A DNA stretch of 20,000 bases. Source: an uncultured virus (IMG/VR IMGVR_UViG_3300030333_008421) (Duplodnaviria > Heunggongvirae > Uroviricota > Caudoviricetes). The notes beneath the pieces were generated by a model, which had not been told where the DNA came from, did not search any database, and worked only from the letters and a program-made list of their open reading frames with translations. The translations under genes and the position numbers were made by a program. Of the stretch, positions 1-8,357 are shown piece by piece; positions within the stretch are counted from its first letter, which is position 1, and every line of letters begins with the position of its first letter. Location of the stretch: the IMG/VR virus record IMGVR_UViG_3300030333_008421. One strand, given 5' to 3'.

Positions 1-38
1 CGGTTAATGCTCAGGGTCCAGACCCTTCTTTTAATCCT

Positions 39-431
39 ATGGAGGATGCAATGGCCATTAGGTCAATGTTTGGTGCAATCCATAATGAACTCAATCAAGT
101 AAACGAAAATTTAGTTGACCCTTCTGTAAATTTAAAAGCTAAACAAGTTAATAAGACAGTAATGGATAGGGATATTCTAAATATCGTAGGTGTTACCCCT
201 CAACAGCAACCAGTACCGCAAAATATACCTCAACCCTTCCAACCTCAGCCTGTACCACCGCCTCAACAAACAGGACAATTAGAAATACCTCAAGTAGACC
301 CTAATCAACTTGAATTGAATTTCGATAATTCAGCAACAGCTAACAAAATATTTGAAAAGCTAGATGATATCGAGAGGAAGCTTATTAAAATCGAAAGTAA
401 ATTAAACTCTTTAGTAGATAAAAAAAAGTAG
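39..431 (+). CDS. Hypothetical protein with Q/P-rich linker, QLELNF motif and C-terminal coiled coil (true start may lie upstream of the window)
   Basis: The frame is open from position 3 to the TAG at 429-431. It contains a PQQQPVPQNIPQPFQPQP low-complexity stretch and a heptad-like C-terminus. Confidence 0.75.
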   Translation: MEDAMAIRSMFGAIHNELNQVNENLVDPSVNLKAKQVNKTVMDRDILNIVGVTPQQQPVPQNIPQPFQPQPVPPPQQTGQLEIPQVDPNQLELNFDNSATANKIFEKLDDIERKLIKIESKLNSLVDKKK

Positions 432-432
432 C

Positions 433-460
433 TTGTAATCCCAAGCAGAGTGTCTATAAT
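433..460 (+). promoter_or_regulatory. sigma70-like promoter TTGTAA-N16-TATAAT, 5 nt before ATG 466
   Basis: TTGTAA at 433-438 and TATAAT at 455-460, in the intergenic gap. Confidence 0.7.
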
Positions 461-465
461 AAGTT

Positions 466-1185
466 ATGGTCATTTCTATCAAAGATAAGAGTCAATTTGT
501 AAATGGGTATTTACGACCTATAAGTGCATTGACTGAAGCAATTATTATTAAAAATAACGATAATAAACTTGAATGTATTGCTAATAACGAGCAAGGATTA
601 ATAATTTATGCCAGTTACGATATTGAATTAAAAGATGATATCGTACTAAACATACCAAACGTAAGAAAACTTGAAAAAGTTTTGTCTTTTATTGAAGGGA
701 ATGAAGTCGACCTTGAATATAAATCGAATTCGCTTTCTTATAAAGACAAAAAGCTCCGTTTTAAATATCATTTCTTAGATGATAATATTATTCAAGCTCC
801 AAAATTAAGCGTAAGTAAAATAATGTCATTACCTCATAATATTACCTTTAAAATTGACTCAGGAAAGATTACCGAACTAGCAAAAGGAGCTGCATTTGTA
901 GCTGAATCAGAAAAATTATACTTTAATATTGCTGATAATGAAATATTTGCTGAAATTACCGATAAATCTAACTCATCTGTTGATAGCTACTCAATAAAAG
1001 TTGCAGATATTGAAGACGACACTAATGTAAGCTTCCCAATTCATTTTGATATTGTTAGATTGCTTGGAAGCGCAAACGGAGATGAAATTACAGTTAAGAT
1101 TAATACCGATCAAGGCTTAAGCATGTTTGAAATTGAAAACGCAACCACAAAACTTAAGTATATTGTACCAGGTTTACAAGTATGA
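466..1185 (+). CDS. gp45: DNA polymerase sliding clamp (T4 gp45-like)
   Basis: 239 aa. The residue pattern parallels T4 gp45 along its length (IIYASYDI, LNIPNVRKLEKVLS, FKYHFLDDNIIQAP, YSIKVAD, terminal LKYIV), and it sits in a replication context. Confidence 0.75.
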   Translation: MVISIKDKSQFVNGYLRPISALTEAIIIKNNDNKLECIANNEQGLIIYASYDIELKDDIVLNIPNVRKLEKVLSFIEGNEVDLEYKSNSLSYKDKKLRFKYHFLDDNIIQAPKLSVSKIMSLPHNITFKIDSGKITELAKGAAFVAESEKLYFNIADNEIFAEITDKSNSSVDSYSIKVADIEDDTNVSFPIHFDIVRLLGSANGDEITVKINTDQGLSMFEIENATTKLKYIVPGLQV

Positions 1186-1514
1186 AGAATAAAGTAAAGA
1201 CATTAGGCTATTTTAAAAAGAGATTACGTGATAATGGCTTTATTGTACTAGATGTCTTTAGGGATTTTAGTGAAAATGATAAAAGAAAATGGACTGTTCT
1301 TATAAATCCAAAGTCTGAAAGCATTTTTTGTACTTGTTATGAGAGATATGATAGGGATTTTGATGTCGTTTTCGAATTTAATGACGGAGGAAATAAAATA
1401 CCTAAAAATTTTGTTATGACCACCCCATCCATGGAATCAATTATTGAACAAATGATTCTAAAATGGAAAATTAATAATGATAATTCAAAGTCGCCTTACT
1501 TCAAACGTAAATGA
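1182..1514 (+). CDS. Hypothetical phage protein
   Basis: 110-aa ORF joined to both neighbours by ATGA overlaps. Confidence 0.8.
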   Translation: MKNKVKTLGYFKKRLRDNGFIVLDVFRDFSENDKRKWTVLINPKSESIFCTCYERYDRDFDVVFEFNDGGNKIPKNFVMTTPSMESIIEQMILKWKINNDNSKSPYFKRK

Positions 1515-2365
1515 AGAAGGTACTTATTAATTTTAGAGCTAAAGGAAGCGGTACCAGTTATGCAAGTGGTACATATGTCAAGTCACAAGCTGAAAATTCT
1601 ATTACAGGAAAAGAAATCGGCGGGTTTGATGATGTATTCCAATACACATTAGACGATATTGATAATAAATTTAAAGAAAAAAATAAATTTCTTTTTAAAA
1701 TAGGTAAAGGTGTGGGGTTTTGGTGTTGGAAACCTTATATAGTTCTTGATGCTTTGAGTAAAGTAAACGAAGGCGACTTAGTTTTTTATTCAGACTCAGG
1801 GGCTTCTTTTGTTAAACCTGTTCAACCTTTAGTAGATCTTTGCGCTCAAACAGAAGGCGTAATGGTATTTAGAGGCGGTAACCATTTTGATTCTAGAGAA
1901 AAACATCAAACTAAAAGAGACACTTTTTTCTATATGGGCTGTAAAGGAAAAAAATATGAAGAAACTTTTTCACGTGCAAGTTCTTTTATACTTTGGATAA
2001 AAAACGATTTTTCTGTACAGGTTGCAAAGGAATGGTTATATTATAATCAAGACCCTCGTTGTGTGTCTGATTTTCCAAGTATTTGTGGTGAGAAAGAAGT
2101 AAAAGGCTTTAGAGAACACAGACACGACCAATCTATATTAAGCGTTTTAACAAAAAAATTTAATATTAAATCGTTTTTATCTCCGTGTCAGTTTACTGGT
2201 CAGGGTTGGACTACCCATAATAACCCTTTAAACAAGTATGCACCTAATTTTATGAATAATCTTAGTTTAGAAAAGGACGAAGAAGTTCGACAATATAACA
2301 TTGAACAGTCTGTCTTTGAAAAAAATTATGGTATGATAATTCACCATCATAGAAGAAGAGATTAG
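1511..2365 (+). CDS. Putative glycosyltransferase (GT-A-like nucleotide-sugar transferase)
   Basis: Motifs GFWCWKPYI, LVFYSDSG (DxD-like position), EHRHDQSILS and C-terminal HHHRR. It lies close to nucleotide-sugar enzyme genes. Confidence 0.6.
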   Translation: MKKVLINFRAKGSGTSYASGTYVKSQAENSITGKEIGGFDDVFQYTLDDIDNKFKEKNKFLFKIGKGVGFWCWKPYIVLDALSKVNEGDLVFYSDSGASFVKPVQPLVDLCAQTEGVMVFRGGNHFDSREKHQTKRDTFFYMGCKGKKYEETFSRASSFILWIKNDFSVQVAKEWLYYNQDPRCVSDFPSICGEKEVKGFREHRHDQSILSVLTKKFNIKSFLSPCQFTGQGWTTHNNPLNKYAPNFMNNLSLEKDEEVRQYNIEQSVFEKNYGMIIHHHRRRD

Positions 2366-2386
2366 TTGAGGAGTTTAATTATCCAT

Positions 2387-2392
2387 TAAATA
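2387..2392 (+). promoter_or_regulatory. T4-late-like promoter core TAAATA, 5 nt before ATG 2398
   Basis: TAAATA-TTATT-ATG. Confidence 0.6.
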
Positions 2393-2397
2393 TTATT

Positions 2398-2736
2398 ATG
2401 GGTCGTAAAAAAGACAAACCTCAACCGACACCTACACGACAAAACGATGAAGGAATTCTCGATTTAAATGAAGCACAGGTAAAGAAAGCTTTTGAACATT
2501 TAGTTAAAAGAAAACTTACCGTCGAACAGGGAGAAAAACTTAAAAATTTTAACAATCTAGATAGAGTTTTATCTGAATACATGGATTGTTGCATTATTAT
2601 GGGGTACGACACTAAAGGTGAAGGGGTGGTTAGATTTAATTGTAATAATAACCTTCAACACGACGCGCTAGTAAACCTTTTGCAAAAGGTATATGCTTCG
2701 CAAATAGGGCCAGGTGGTCATAATAACCCTTTTTAA
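2398..2736 (+). CDS. Hypothetical phage protein
   Basis: 112-aa ORF that fills the gap and is preceded by a promoter motif. Confidence 0.8.
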   Translation: MGRKKDKPQPTPTRQNDEGILDLNEAQVKKAFEHLVKRKLTVEQGEKLKNFNNLDRVLSEYMDCCIIMGYDTKGEGVVRFNCNNNLQHDALVNLLQKVYASQIGPGGHNNPF

Positions 2737-2764
2737 TTGATATTTTAAGGATTGTTCATAAAAT
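2737..2764 (+). promoter_or_regulatory. sigma70-like promoter TTGATA-N16-TAAAAT, 8 nt before ATG 2773
   Basis: TTGATA at 2737-2742 and TAAAAT at 2759-2764. Confidence 0.6.
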
Positions 2765-2772
2765 AACTTTAT

Positions 2773-3822
2773 ATGAATGATGGTTCAGAAATTAAACCTG
2801 TTTCTCGTGTATTAATTATTGGAAAAGGCTTTATTGGTACACAATTATCAAATTTTCTTTCTCAGGATGAAGATATTGAAGTTCATTCTATTGCAAACGA
2901 ACAAGTAAATTACTTAGATTCAGTAGAGTTAAATTCGTTTTTAGATTCATACCTTGGTGAAAATATACATTTTGATACTGTAATTAATTGTTCTGGGGTA
3001 ACTGGTGAGCGAAATGTTGATGATGTAGAAAACGATAAAGAACTTGCTTATCTGTATAATGCAGTTTTACCATCTGTTATTGCAGGTGCTTGCGTTAATT
3101 TTGATATTAATAATTTTATAAACATTTCATCAGGTTGCATTTTTACAGGGCCAAAAGAGGATGGAACCGGGTATACTGAAACTGATATACCTAATTTCGG
3201 TATGTTTAATGATGAATCGTCTTGGTACAGCAAAACTAAACATGCAGGTGAGTTAAACTTAACAAGCGTTTTTAATACATACAATCTACGCATAAGAATG
3301 CCTATTGGTGAAATTTATCACCCAAGAAATACCATATTAAAAATGGCAAGATATAAAAATATCTTGAATTCTGATAATAGTGTAACCTATCTTTACGATT
3401 TGTTTAATTTCGTTTATAATTTGATTCTTACAAACCAGCCTTTTACTGAAAATCAAATGCCATACGGTATATACAACATAGTAAGTAATGGCACTTTTAA
3501 TCCTAAAATGCTTTTTGAAGCTTTTAACAATAATAAGGAAGAGCTTCTTGAAGCAGACATCTTACCTAAAGGTTGGGATATAAAAAATATTAAATTTCTT
3601 GATGAATCGCAATTTAAGAAAAATAAAGTAACTAAAGTCGGTCGTAGTGTCTGTATTATGGACAATACTCTTGCTAGTAACTTAGACATTCATAAGTTTG
3701 CTGATATCAATCAGGAATTTATTGACAAATTAGTTAAAAATATTGTTTTGGATAAGAAAAATCAAGAATCAACAGTAGTTCAAACCGAATTTTCTGATCC
3801 CGAGCCAACGGAAGACATATGA
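2773..3822 (+). CDS. NDP-4-keto-6-deoxyglucose 3,5-epimerase/4-reductase (NRS/ER-UER1-like member of the RmlD SDR family)
   Basis: Rossmann motif IIGKGFIG, catalytic YSKTK, and motifs GVTGERNVD, SSGCIF, TETDIPNF, LRIRMPI, HPRN and NSVT. These match the plant NRS/ER pattern (GxTGRPNVD, TGCIF, EEDxPNF, YSKTK, LRVRMPI, NPRN, NSMT) as I recall it. Confidence 0.8.
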   Translation: MNDGSEIKPVSRVLIIGKGFIGTQLSNFLSQDEDIEVHSIANEQVNYLDSVELNSFLDSYLGENIHFDTVINCSGVTGERNVDDVENDKELAYLYNAVLPSVIAGACVNFDINNFINISSGCIFTGPKEDGTGYTETDIPNFGMFNDESSWYSKTKHAGELNLTSVFNTYNLRIRMPIGEIYHPRNTILKMARYKNILNSDNSVTYLYDLFNFVYNLILTNQPFTENQMPYGIYNIVSNGTFNPKMLFEAFNNNKEELLEADILPKGWDIKNIKFLDESQFKKNKVTKVGRSVCIMDNTLASNLDIHKFADINQEFIDKLVKNIVLDKKNQESTVVQTEFSDPEPTEDI

Positions 3823-4778
3823 CTATTTTAGTTACAGGTGGCTATGGTTTTATTGGTAGTCATTTAGTTAAAGAACTGAATGATAAAGGATATAAAGTCC
3901 TTATTTACGATTTACAAACTTATGCAACCGATTATGTGGACTTTGAATACGGTAAACCTCAGTGGAGAGTGTGGGGAGACATTCTAGATGTTAAAAAACT
4001 TAATTCAGTTTTAAAGACCCATAAGATAGATAAAATTATTCATCTTGCTGCTGAGTCGCATGTAGATAATAGTATAAAAAATCCTAATAAGTTTGTTGAA
4101 ACAAATGTACTAGGTACTGCAAACATATTAAACATTGCAAAAGATAAAAACATACCAATGGTTCATGTTTCAACCGACGAAGTTTATGGTACTTTAAGGT
4201 CAGACGATAAAAATTGGAACGAAAAACAACCTATTCAACCAAGGTCACCTTATTCAGCATCAAAAGCTGCATCAGATATGTTAGCGCTTTCTTATTATCA
4301 TACATACGGTACAAATGTAAAGATAACAAGGTGCTGTAATAACTTTGGAATTAATCAACACATTGAAAAGTTAATACCCAAATCAATTTGTTCGAGTTTT
4401 AATAATAAAGAAATTTTAATTTATGGGGATGGCACAAATAAACGTGAGTGGATACATGCTCAAGATCATGCTAAAGGGGTGATCTTGGTAATGGAAAAGG
4501 GAGATCCCGGAGAAGTATATAACATAGGTACGGGTGAAGAGTATTCTAACAATCAAATATCGAGGATGATAGCTAAATACACAAAGACAAACGCTGTTAC
4601 CCGTTATATTGATGATAGACTTGGACATGACTATAGGTACGCACTAAATTACGGAAAGATAAAGAGACTAGGTTTTAAACCTACGAGATCTATTAAAGAT
4701 AGAAAAGAGTGGAATGAAATTATTAAATTTTACAAGAAATATACAGAAGCCGAAAGAAAGGTACCTGTACGCGGTTAA
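3819..4778 (+). CDS. rmlB: dTDP(NDP)-glucose 4,6-dehydratase
   Basis: Motifs VTGGYGFIG, HLAAESHVDNSI, VSTDEVYG, PYSASKAASD, EKLIP, YGDG, REWIH and DRLGHDYRYA. Confidence 0.95.
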   Translation: MTILVTGGYGFIGSHLVKELNDKGYKVLIYDLQTYATDYVDFEYGKPQWRVWGDILDVKKLNSVLKTHKIDKIIHLAAESHVDNSIKNPNKFVETNVLGTANILNIAKDKNIPMVHVSTDEVYGTLRSDDKNWNEKQPIQPRSPYSASKAASDMLALSYYHTYGTNVKITRCCNNFGINQHIEKLIPKSICSSFNNKEILIYGDGTNKREWIHAQDHAKGVILVMEKGDPGEVYNIGTGEEYSNNQISRMIAKYTKTNAVTRYIDDRLGHDYRYALNYGKIKRLGFKPTRSIKDRKEWNEIIKFYKKYTEAERKVPVRG

Positions 4779-4986
4779 AAATGGAGATTACGCAGGTCAT
4801 TTTATTGCTTTCATCAATCGCATTGACAGCAAGTATATTTTTCTTACTTTGCCTAACAACCAAAAACTTGAAGTACCCATCAAAGACTTCGAAGAAGGAA
4901 TTGAAAAAGAACTCTTAGAATTTGTCGAAGTAATGCCCAAGTACGTCTTTAAAGTAATTAAAGCTCAATACGAAAGTACTAACTAA
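4714..4986 (+). CDS. Hypothetical phage protein
   Basis: 90-aa ORF overlapping the 3' end of rmlB. The start is uncertain. Confidence 0.7.
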   Translation: MKLLNFTRNIQKPKERYLYAVKNGDYAGHFIAFINRIDSKYIFLTLPNNQKLEVPIKDFEEGIEKELLEFVEVMPKYVFKVIKAQYESTN

Positions 4987-4989
4987 TAG

Positions 4990-5017
4990 TTGACTATCTA
5001 GCGGATAACGCTATAAT
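4990..5017 (+). promoter_or_regulatory. sigma70-like promoter TTGACT-N16-TATAAT, 6 nt before ATG 5024
   Basis: TTGACT at 4990-4995 and TATAAT at 5012-5017. Confidence 0.8.
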
Positions 5018-5023
5018 AATTAT

Positions 5024-5245
5024 ATGCTATCTATTAGAGATAAAATATTAAAGGCAAAGTCTCAAAAAGAAATAGAAACTTTATTAGAAGTATTTTCTAA
5101 ATGGGAATTCGTTTCAACCAATACGAAGACTAAAGTCGTTCGAGCTGTTAAGCAAAGGGAATTAGAACTTTCCGGTGCAGTTGTTAAAAAGACAAACAAA
5201 AAGAGAAAGGCGAAGAATGACAAATCTAATACTCGACGCAAATAA
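5024..5245 (+). CDS. Small basic hypothetical protein
   Basis: 73 aa with a K/R-rich C-terminus, directly downstream of a near-consensus promoter. Confidence 0.7.
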   Translation: MLSIRDKILKAKSQKEIETLLEVFSKWEFVSTNTKTKVVRAVKQRELELSGAVVKKTNKKRKAKNDKSNTRRK

Positions 5246-6170
5246 TCTTCTTTATAGGATTTTTTGGGTAAACAAAAATAAGAGAAGTGGAGATCCTTCT
5301 TTATCTACTCTTATGTTTTTGAGATCGATAAAATCATATGCAGATAAATTTAAACCAGATGTAATTTATGCTGTTTGGGATAAAAAATTAAAATACCCAT
5401 CTACTAATTTTCGAAAAAATCTTTCTACCGGTGATTATAAAAGTAATCGCGACGGTAATATTGCAAAAGAAGCTCATCAAAATGACGGTGAGTTAAAATT
5501 ACTTTTGGATAGTCTGGGTATCAAAAGTTTATACCCTAATCGAATGGAAGCTGATGATGTTATTAGTTGGTTGGTAACTGAATATCAAACTGCAGTCACT
5601 AAAAACGTAATTGTATCTGTAGATAAGGATTTATATCAACTTATTAATAATAAAACAATGGTGTTTAACCCTATTCAAAAAGTAGCTATAACCGAAGCTA
5701 ACTTTTCTAATTATACAAAAGGTGTGATGAAAGAAAACTTTTTAGATTACAAATCTCTTATTGGTGATAATAGCGATAACTTAAAGGGTTTACATAAAGT
5801 AGGTCATAAACGCGCTTTAAATCTAATTGAGAAGTATAATAAAGCAGGTAGTTGGGAGAAAATATTAACCGACGATAATCTCAACATTTACAAAAATAAT
5901 AAACAGATGATGGACCTTTCTGTGGGTTGGAGATACTATGAAGATGAGGAAATTGAATATAAAAAACAAACCAAACAAGGTCTTCCTGATAAAAATTCAT
6001 CAACATTTTTTGATTTATGTAAAAAATATGAACTTGGTACTATCTTAAAGAATAAAGACAAGTGGATTAGTTCTTTTTTTGCTAATGACGTAATGCAAAA
6101 AGTTGTCGATAAAGTTAACCTACTAAATAATAAATATATAAACAACAGATATGAACAACAATATCAATAA
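5217..6170 (+). CDS. rnh: 5'-3' exonuclease / flap endonuclease (T4 RNase H / PolI 5'-nuclease family)
   Basis: Motifs LILDANNL, AVWD, YKSNR, EADDVI, IVSVDKDLYQL and GDNSDNLKG (H3TH). Start moved to ATG 5217, just before the first catalytic strand. Confidence 0.92.
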   Translation: MTNLILDANNLLYRIFWVNKNKRSGDPSLSTLMFLRSIKSYADKFKPDVIYAVWDKKLKYPSTNFRKNLSTGDYKSNRDGNIAKEAHQNDGELKLLLDSLGIKSLYPNRMEADDVISWLVTEYQTAVTKNVIVSVDKDLYQLINNKTMVFNPIQKVAITEANFSNYTKGVMKENFLDYKSLIGDNSDNLKGLHKVGHKRALNLIEKYNKAGSWEKILTDDNLNIYKNNKQMMDLSVGWRYYEDEEIEYKKQTKQGLPDKNSSTFFDLCKKYELGTILKNKDKWISSFFANDVMQKVVDKVNLLNNKYINNRYEQQYQ

Positions 6171-6354
6171 CATGAACATGGTTAGGGCGATTCCTATTGC
6201 AAGCCCGATCTCCGGTGAAACCGTTTTTCCTAAAATGCATAGAATAGAGCGTGGAGGTAAAGTTTATACCGAAGCTCACTGGATTGATCCTGCTAGCGGT
6301 ACTTTTATTCGAAAAGGTATCGTTTCAATTGAAGATGCACCTAGTCAATCTTGA
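6151..6354 (+). CDS. Small hypothetical protein
   Basis: 67-aa ORF filling the gap between the nuclease and primase genes, with several possible ATG starts. Confidence 0.7.
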   Translation: MNNNINNMNMVRAIPIASPISGETVFPKMHRIERGGKVYTEAHWIDPASGTFIRKGIVSIEDAPSQS

Positions 6355-6378
6355 TTAAAATTGATACTAGCATATTAT
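6351..6378 (+). promoter_or_regulatory. sigma70-like promoter TTGATT-N16-TATTAT, 7 nt before ATG 6386
   Basis: TTGATT at 6351-6356 and TATTAT at 6373-6378. Confidence 0.6.
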
Positions 6379-6385
6379 CAGGTAT

Positions 6386-7429
6386 ATGATTTTACCTGAA
6401 GCTTATATCATTCAAAAATTTTATCAGTACGCAGGTAAACCAAAGTATAACCGTCTTGCTAAAACTTATCAGGGCGGTTGTCCTATCTGTAGGGAAGGTA
6501 AATCATGGGGTAAAAAACGAAGATTATTTTATGTCGTAAAAGATAGTTTTTTTCATTGCCATAATTGCGGTTGGCATTCAAATCCTATTAACTGGATAAT
6601 GGAAGTAGCTAACTGTACCTTTGAAGATATTGTTAAAGAAAGTAATGAGTATGATCTTTTACCCGAAGATGTAAGCGAACAGACCGATATAAACGCATTT
6701 GTAAGTAAAATTGTTTCACAAAAACTACCAGAAGATAGTATTAATTTATATGACAACAATCAAACAACATATTTTAATGGTAACCCTATAGTACAAACTG
6801 CATTAAAATATATAAAAGATAGAAAATTAAACGAAGCAGTTAACAAGCCTAAAAGTTTATATGTTTCATTAAAAGATAAAACTCATAAAAATCGTTTAGT
6901 GTTACCTTTTTATGATCTAGATAATAAAATAATTCATTACCAAACCAGAACGTTATTAAAAGCTGATGATAAATTAAAGCCAAAATATCTTTCAAAAATA
7001 AACAGTGATAAAAGTGTGTTTAATATAAATCAAATAAATGAAAATCATGATAAAATTTATATTTTCGAAGGGCCAATTGACTCATGCTTTACAATTAATG
7101 GTGTTGCAGTTGCGGGTATAACCGAAAAGAGTTCTAACTTGTATACTAAATTACAATATGAACAACTTAATAAGTTTCCTTTTCATGATAAGATAATTGT
7201 GTTAGATTCTCAATGGCAAGACGATGCTTCGAAGAAGAAAAGTAAATTTTTATTAGAAGCTGGTTGCAAAGTGTTTATATGGCCTAAAAATATTGGTAAA
7301 CGCTATAAAGATTTTAATGAACTCGCGGTAGACAACAATATAAACAAAATCCCTTCAAAAATAATAGATGAAAATACCTATACTGGTTTGAAGGGACTAG
7401 TAATTTTATCAGGACTCAACAGAGTGTAG
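6386..7429 (+). CDS. gp61: DNA primase (T4 gp61-like)
   Basis: Zinc-binding CPIC...CHNCG, RLVLPFY, YQTR, KYL, TOPRIM motif IFEGPIDS, and KDFNE. Confidence 0.92.
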   Translation: MILPEAYIIQKFYQYAGKPKYNRLAKTYQGGCPICREGKSWGKKRRLFYVVKDSFFHCHNCGWHSNPINWIMEVANCTFEDIVKESNEYDLLPEDVSEQTDINAFVSKIVSQKLPEDSINLYDNNQTTYFNGNPIVQTALKYIKDRKLNEAVNKPKSLYVSLKDKTHKNRLVLPFYDLDNKIIHYQTRTLLKADDKLKPKYLSKINSDKSVFNINQINENHDKIYIFEGPIDSCFTINGVAVAGITEKSSNLYTKLQYEQLNKFPFHDKIIVLDSQWQDDASKKKSKFLLEAGCKVFIWPKNIGKRYKDFNELAVDNNINKIPSKIIDENTYTGLKGLVILSGLNRV

Positions 7430-7810
7430 ATAACCTTTTAAATTCTCAATAAGTGAGCTTAATTCCATTGCCACCCTGGCAATTTTCTTAGTTTCAGCTC
7501 CAGCTATTTTATTGAATAAGGTATCGCAACTTGCTGCATGTAATTTAGATTGAACCGAATAACCTTCTTCACTGTTAAGGTAGTTGGTAAAATCTTCCAT
7601 TTTTCTAATAATTTCAGCAAGTTCTTTAGCTTGCACCGCATTATCATTTGCAACTACTTGCTCAGCATCCAATTGAGGGACATCTTCAACCTCAAAGTCA
7701 CTTGTTTCTGTACCTGGCTCAAGCTGAGTTTCCATTGCTTCTGTATCAGTTATTTGTATTTCTTCGTCTTGCTCTAAAAGCCTAACAAAATGTTTACCGA
7801 AAAAGCTCAT
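7409..7810 (-). CDS. Acidic hypothetical protein, probably late/virion
   Basis: 133 aa, preceded by CATAAATA-N5-ATG. N-terminus MSFFGKHFVRLLE. Confidence 0.8.
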   Translation of the reverse strand: MSFFGKHFVRLLEQDEEIQITDTEAMETQLEPGTETSDFEVEDVPQLDAEQVVANDNAVQAKELAEIIRKMEDFTNYLNSEEGYSVQSKLHAASCDTLFNKIAGAETKKIARVAMELSSLIENLKGYLHSVES

Positions 7811-7815
7811 GTTAT

Positions 7816-7837
7816 TATTTATGCCTCCCTATAAATA
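7816..7837. promoter_or_regulatory. Divergent pair of late promoters (CATAAATA on -, TATAAATA on +)
   Basis: Each core sits exactly 5 nt before its ATG (7810 on -, 7843 on +). Confidence 0.8.
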
Positions 7838-7842
7838 ATAAT

Positions 7843-8322
7843 ATGTCTAGTAGAAGACTTTTAGAAGAAGATCAGATTAAAATGTATAACAAATGGGTAA
7901 GAGGTATCGCTACTCGCGAACAAAAACCTACACATGTTACGGTATCAGATCTACTACAGGCGTCAGGTAGGAACGAAAACGATAAAGCCCCACTGGAATT
8001 ACCCTATCCTATGACTCATATTGTGGAAGATATGGGCGGCTTGTATTTAGCTGCAGCAAATCTACAAACAAAAGCTGAGCAAACTAAAAATAACCCTGTA
8101 GTTTTCGAAAGCGAAAATGCAGCTAAGAGTTTAGATGATTTTATCATAAAATGCAGAGCAATTAAAGAGATTATTGAATCTATGACCAATAACCTAGACG
8201 TAATAGTACAAAGAAAACCTTATCAGAGCGAAGAATCCGAACCTTATGATAACAGCACTGATACACCGTCCATGCCTGACGGTGCAATGGGTTCTAAACC
8301 TATTAATAAACTTGCTAAGTAA
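7843..8322 (+). CDS. Hypothetical protein, probably late
   Basis: 159 aa with TATAAATA-N5-ATG upstream. Confidence 0.8.
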   Translation: MSSRRLLEEDQIKMYNKWVRGIATREQKPTHVTVSDLLQASGRNENDKAPLELPYPMTHIVEDMGGLYLAAANLQTKAEQTKNNPVVFESENAAKSLDDFIIKCRAIKEIIESMTNNLDVIVQRKPYQSEESEPYDNSTDTPSMPDGAMGSKPINKLAK

Positions 8323-8323
8323 G

Positions 8324-8351
8324 TTGATAATCTTATTTCGGTCATTATAAT
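8324..8351 (+). promoter_or_regulatory. sigma70-like promoter TTGATA-N16-TATAAT, 6 nt before GTG 8358
   Basis: TTGATA at 8324-8329 and TATAAT at 8346-8351. Confidence 0.8.
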
Positions 8352-8357
8352 AATGGT

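Noticed and set aside
2368..2373. GAGGAG Shine-Dalgarno-like sequence
   Set aside because: It is 24 nt from ATG 2398, too far to function, and lies upstream of the promoter core.
5175..5216. Longer start for the exonuclease
   Set aside because: It overlaps the upstream gene, and family members begin just before the LILD strand, which fits ATG 5217.
6124..6136. Tandem TAAATA upstream of the 67-aa ORF
   Set aside because: It is 14 nt or more from the nearest ATG and lies in N/K-rich coding sequence. It could be a promoter but does not fit the pattern, so it was not called.
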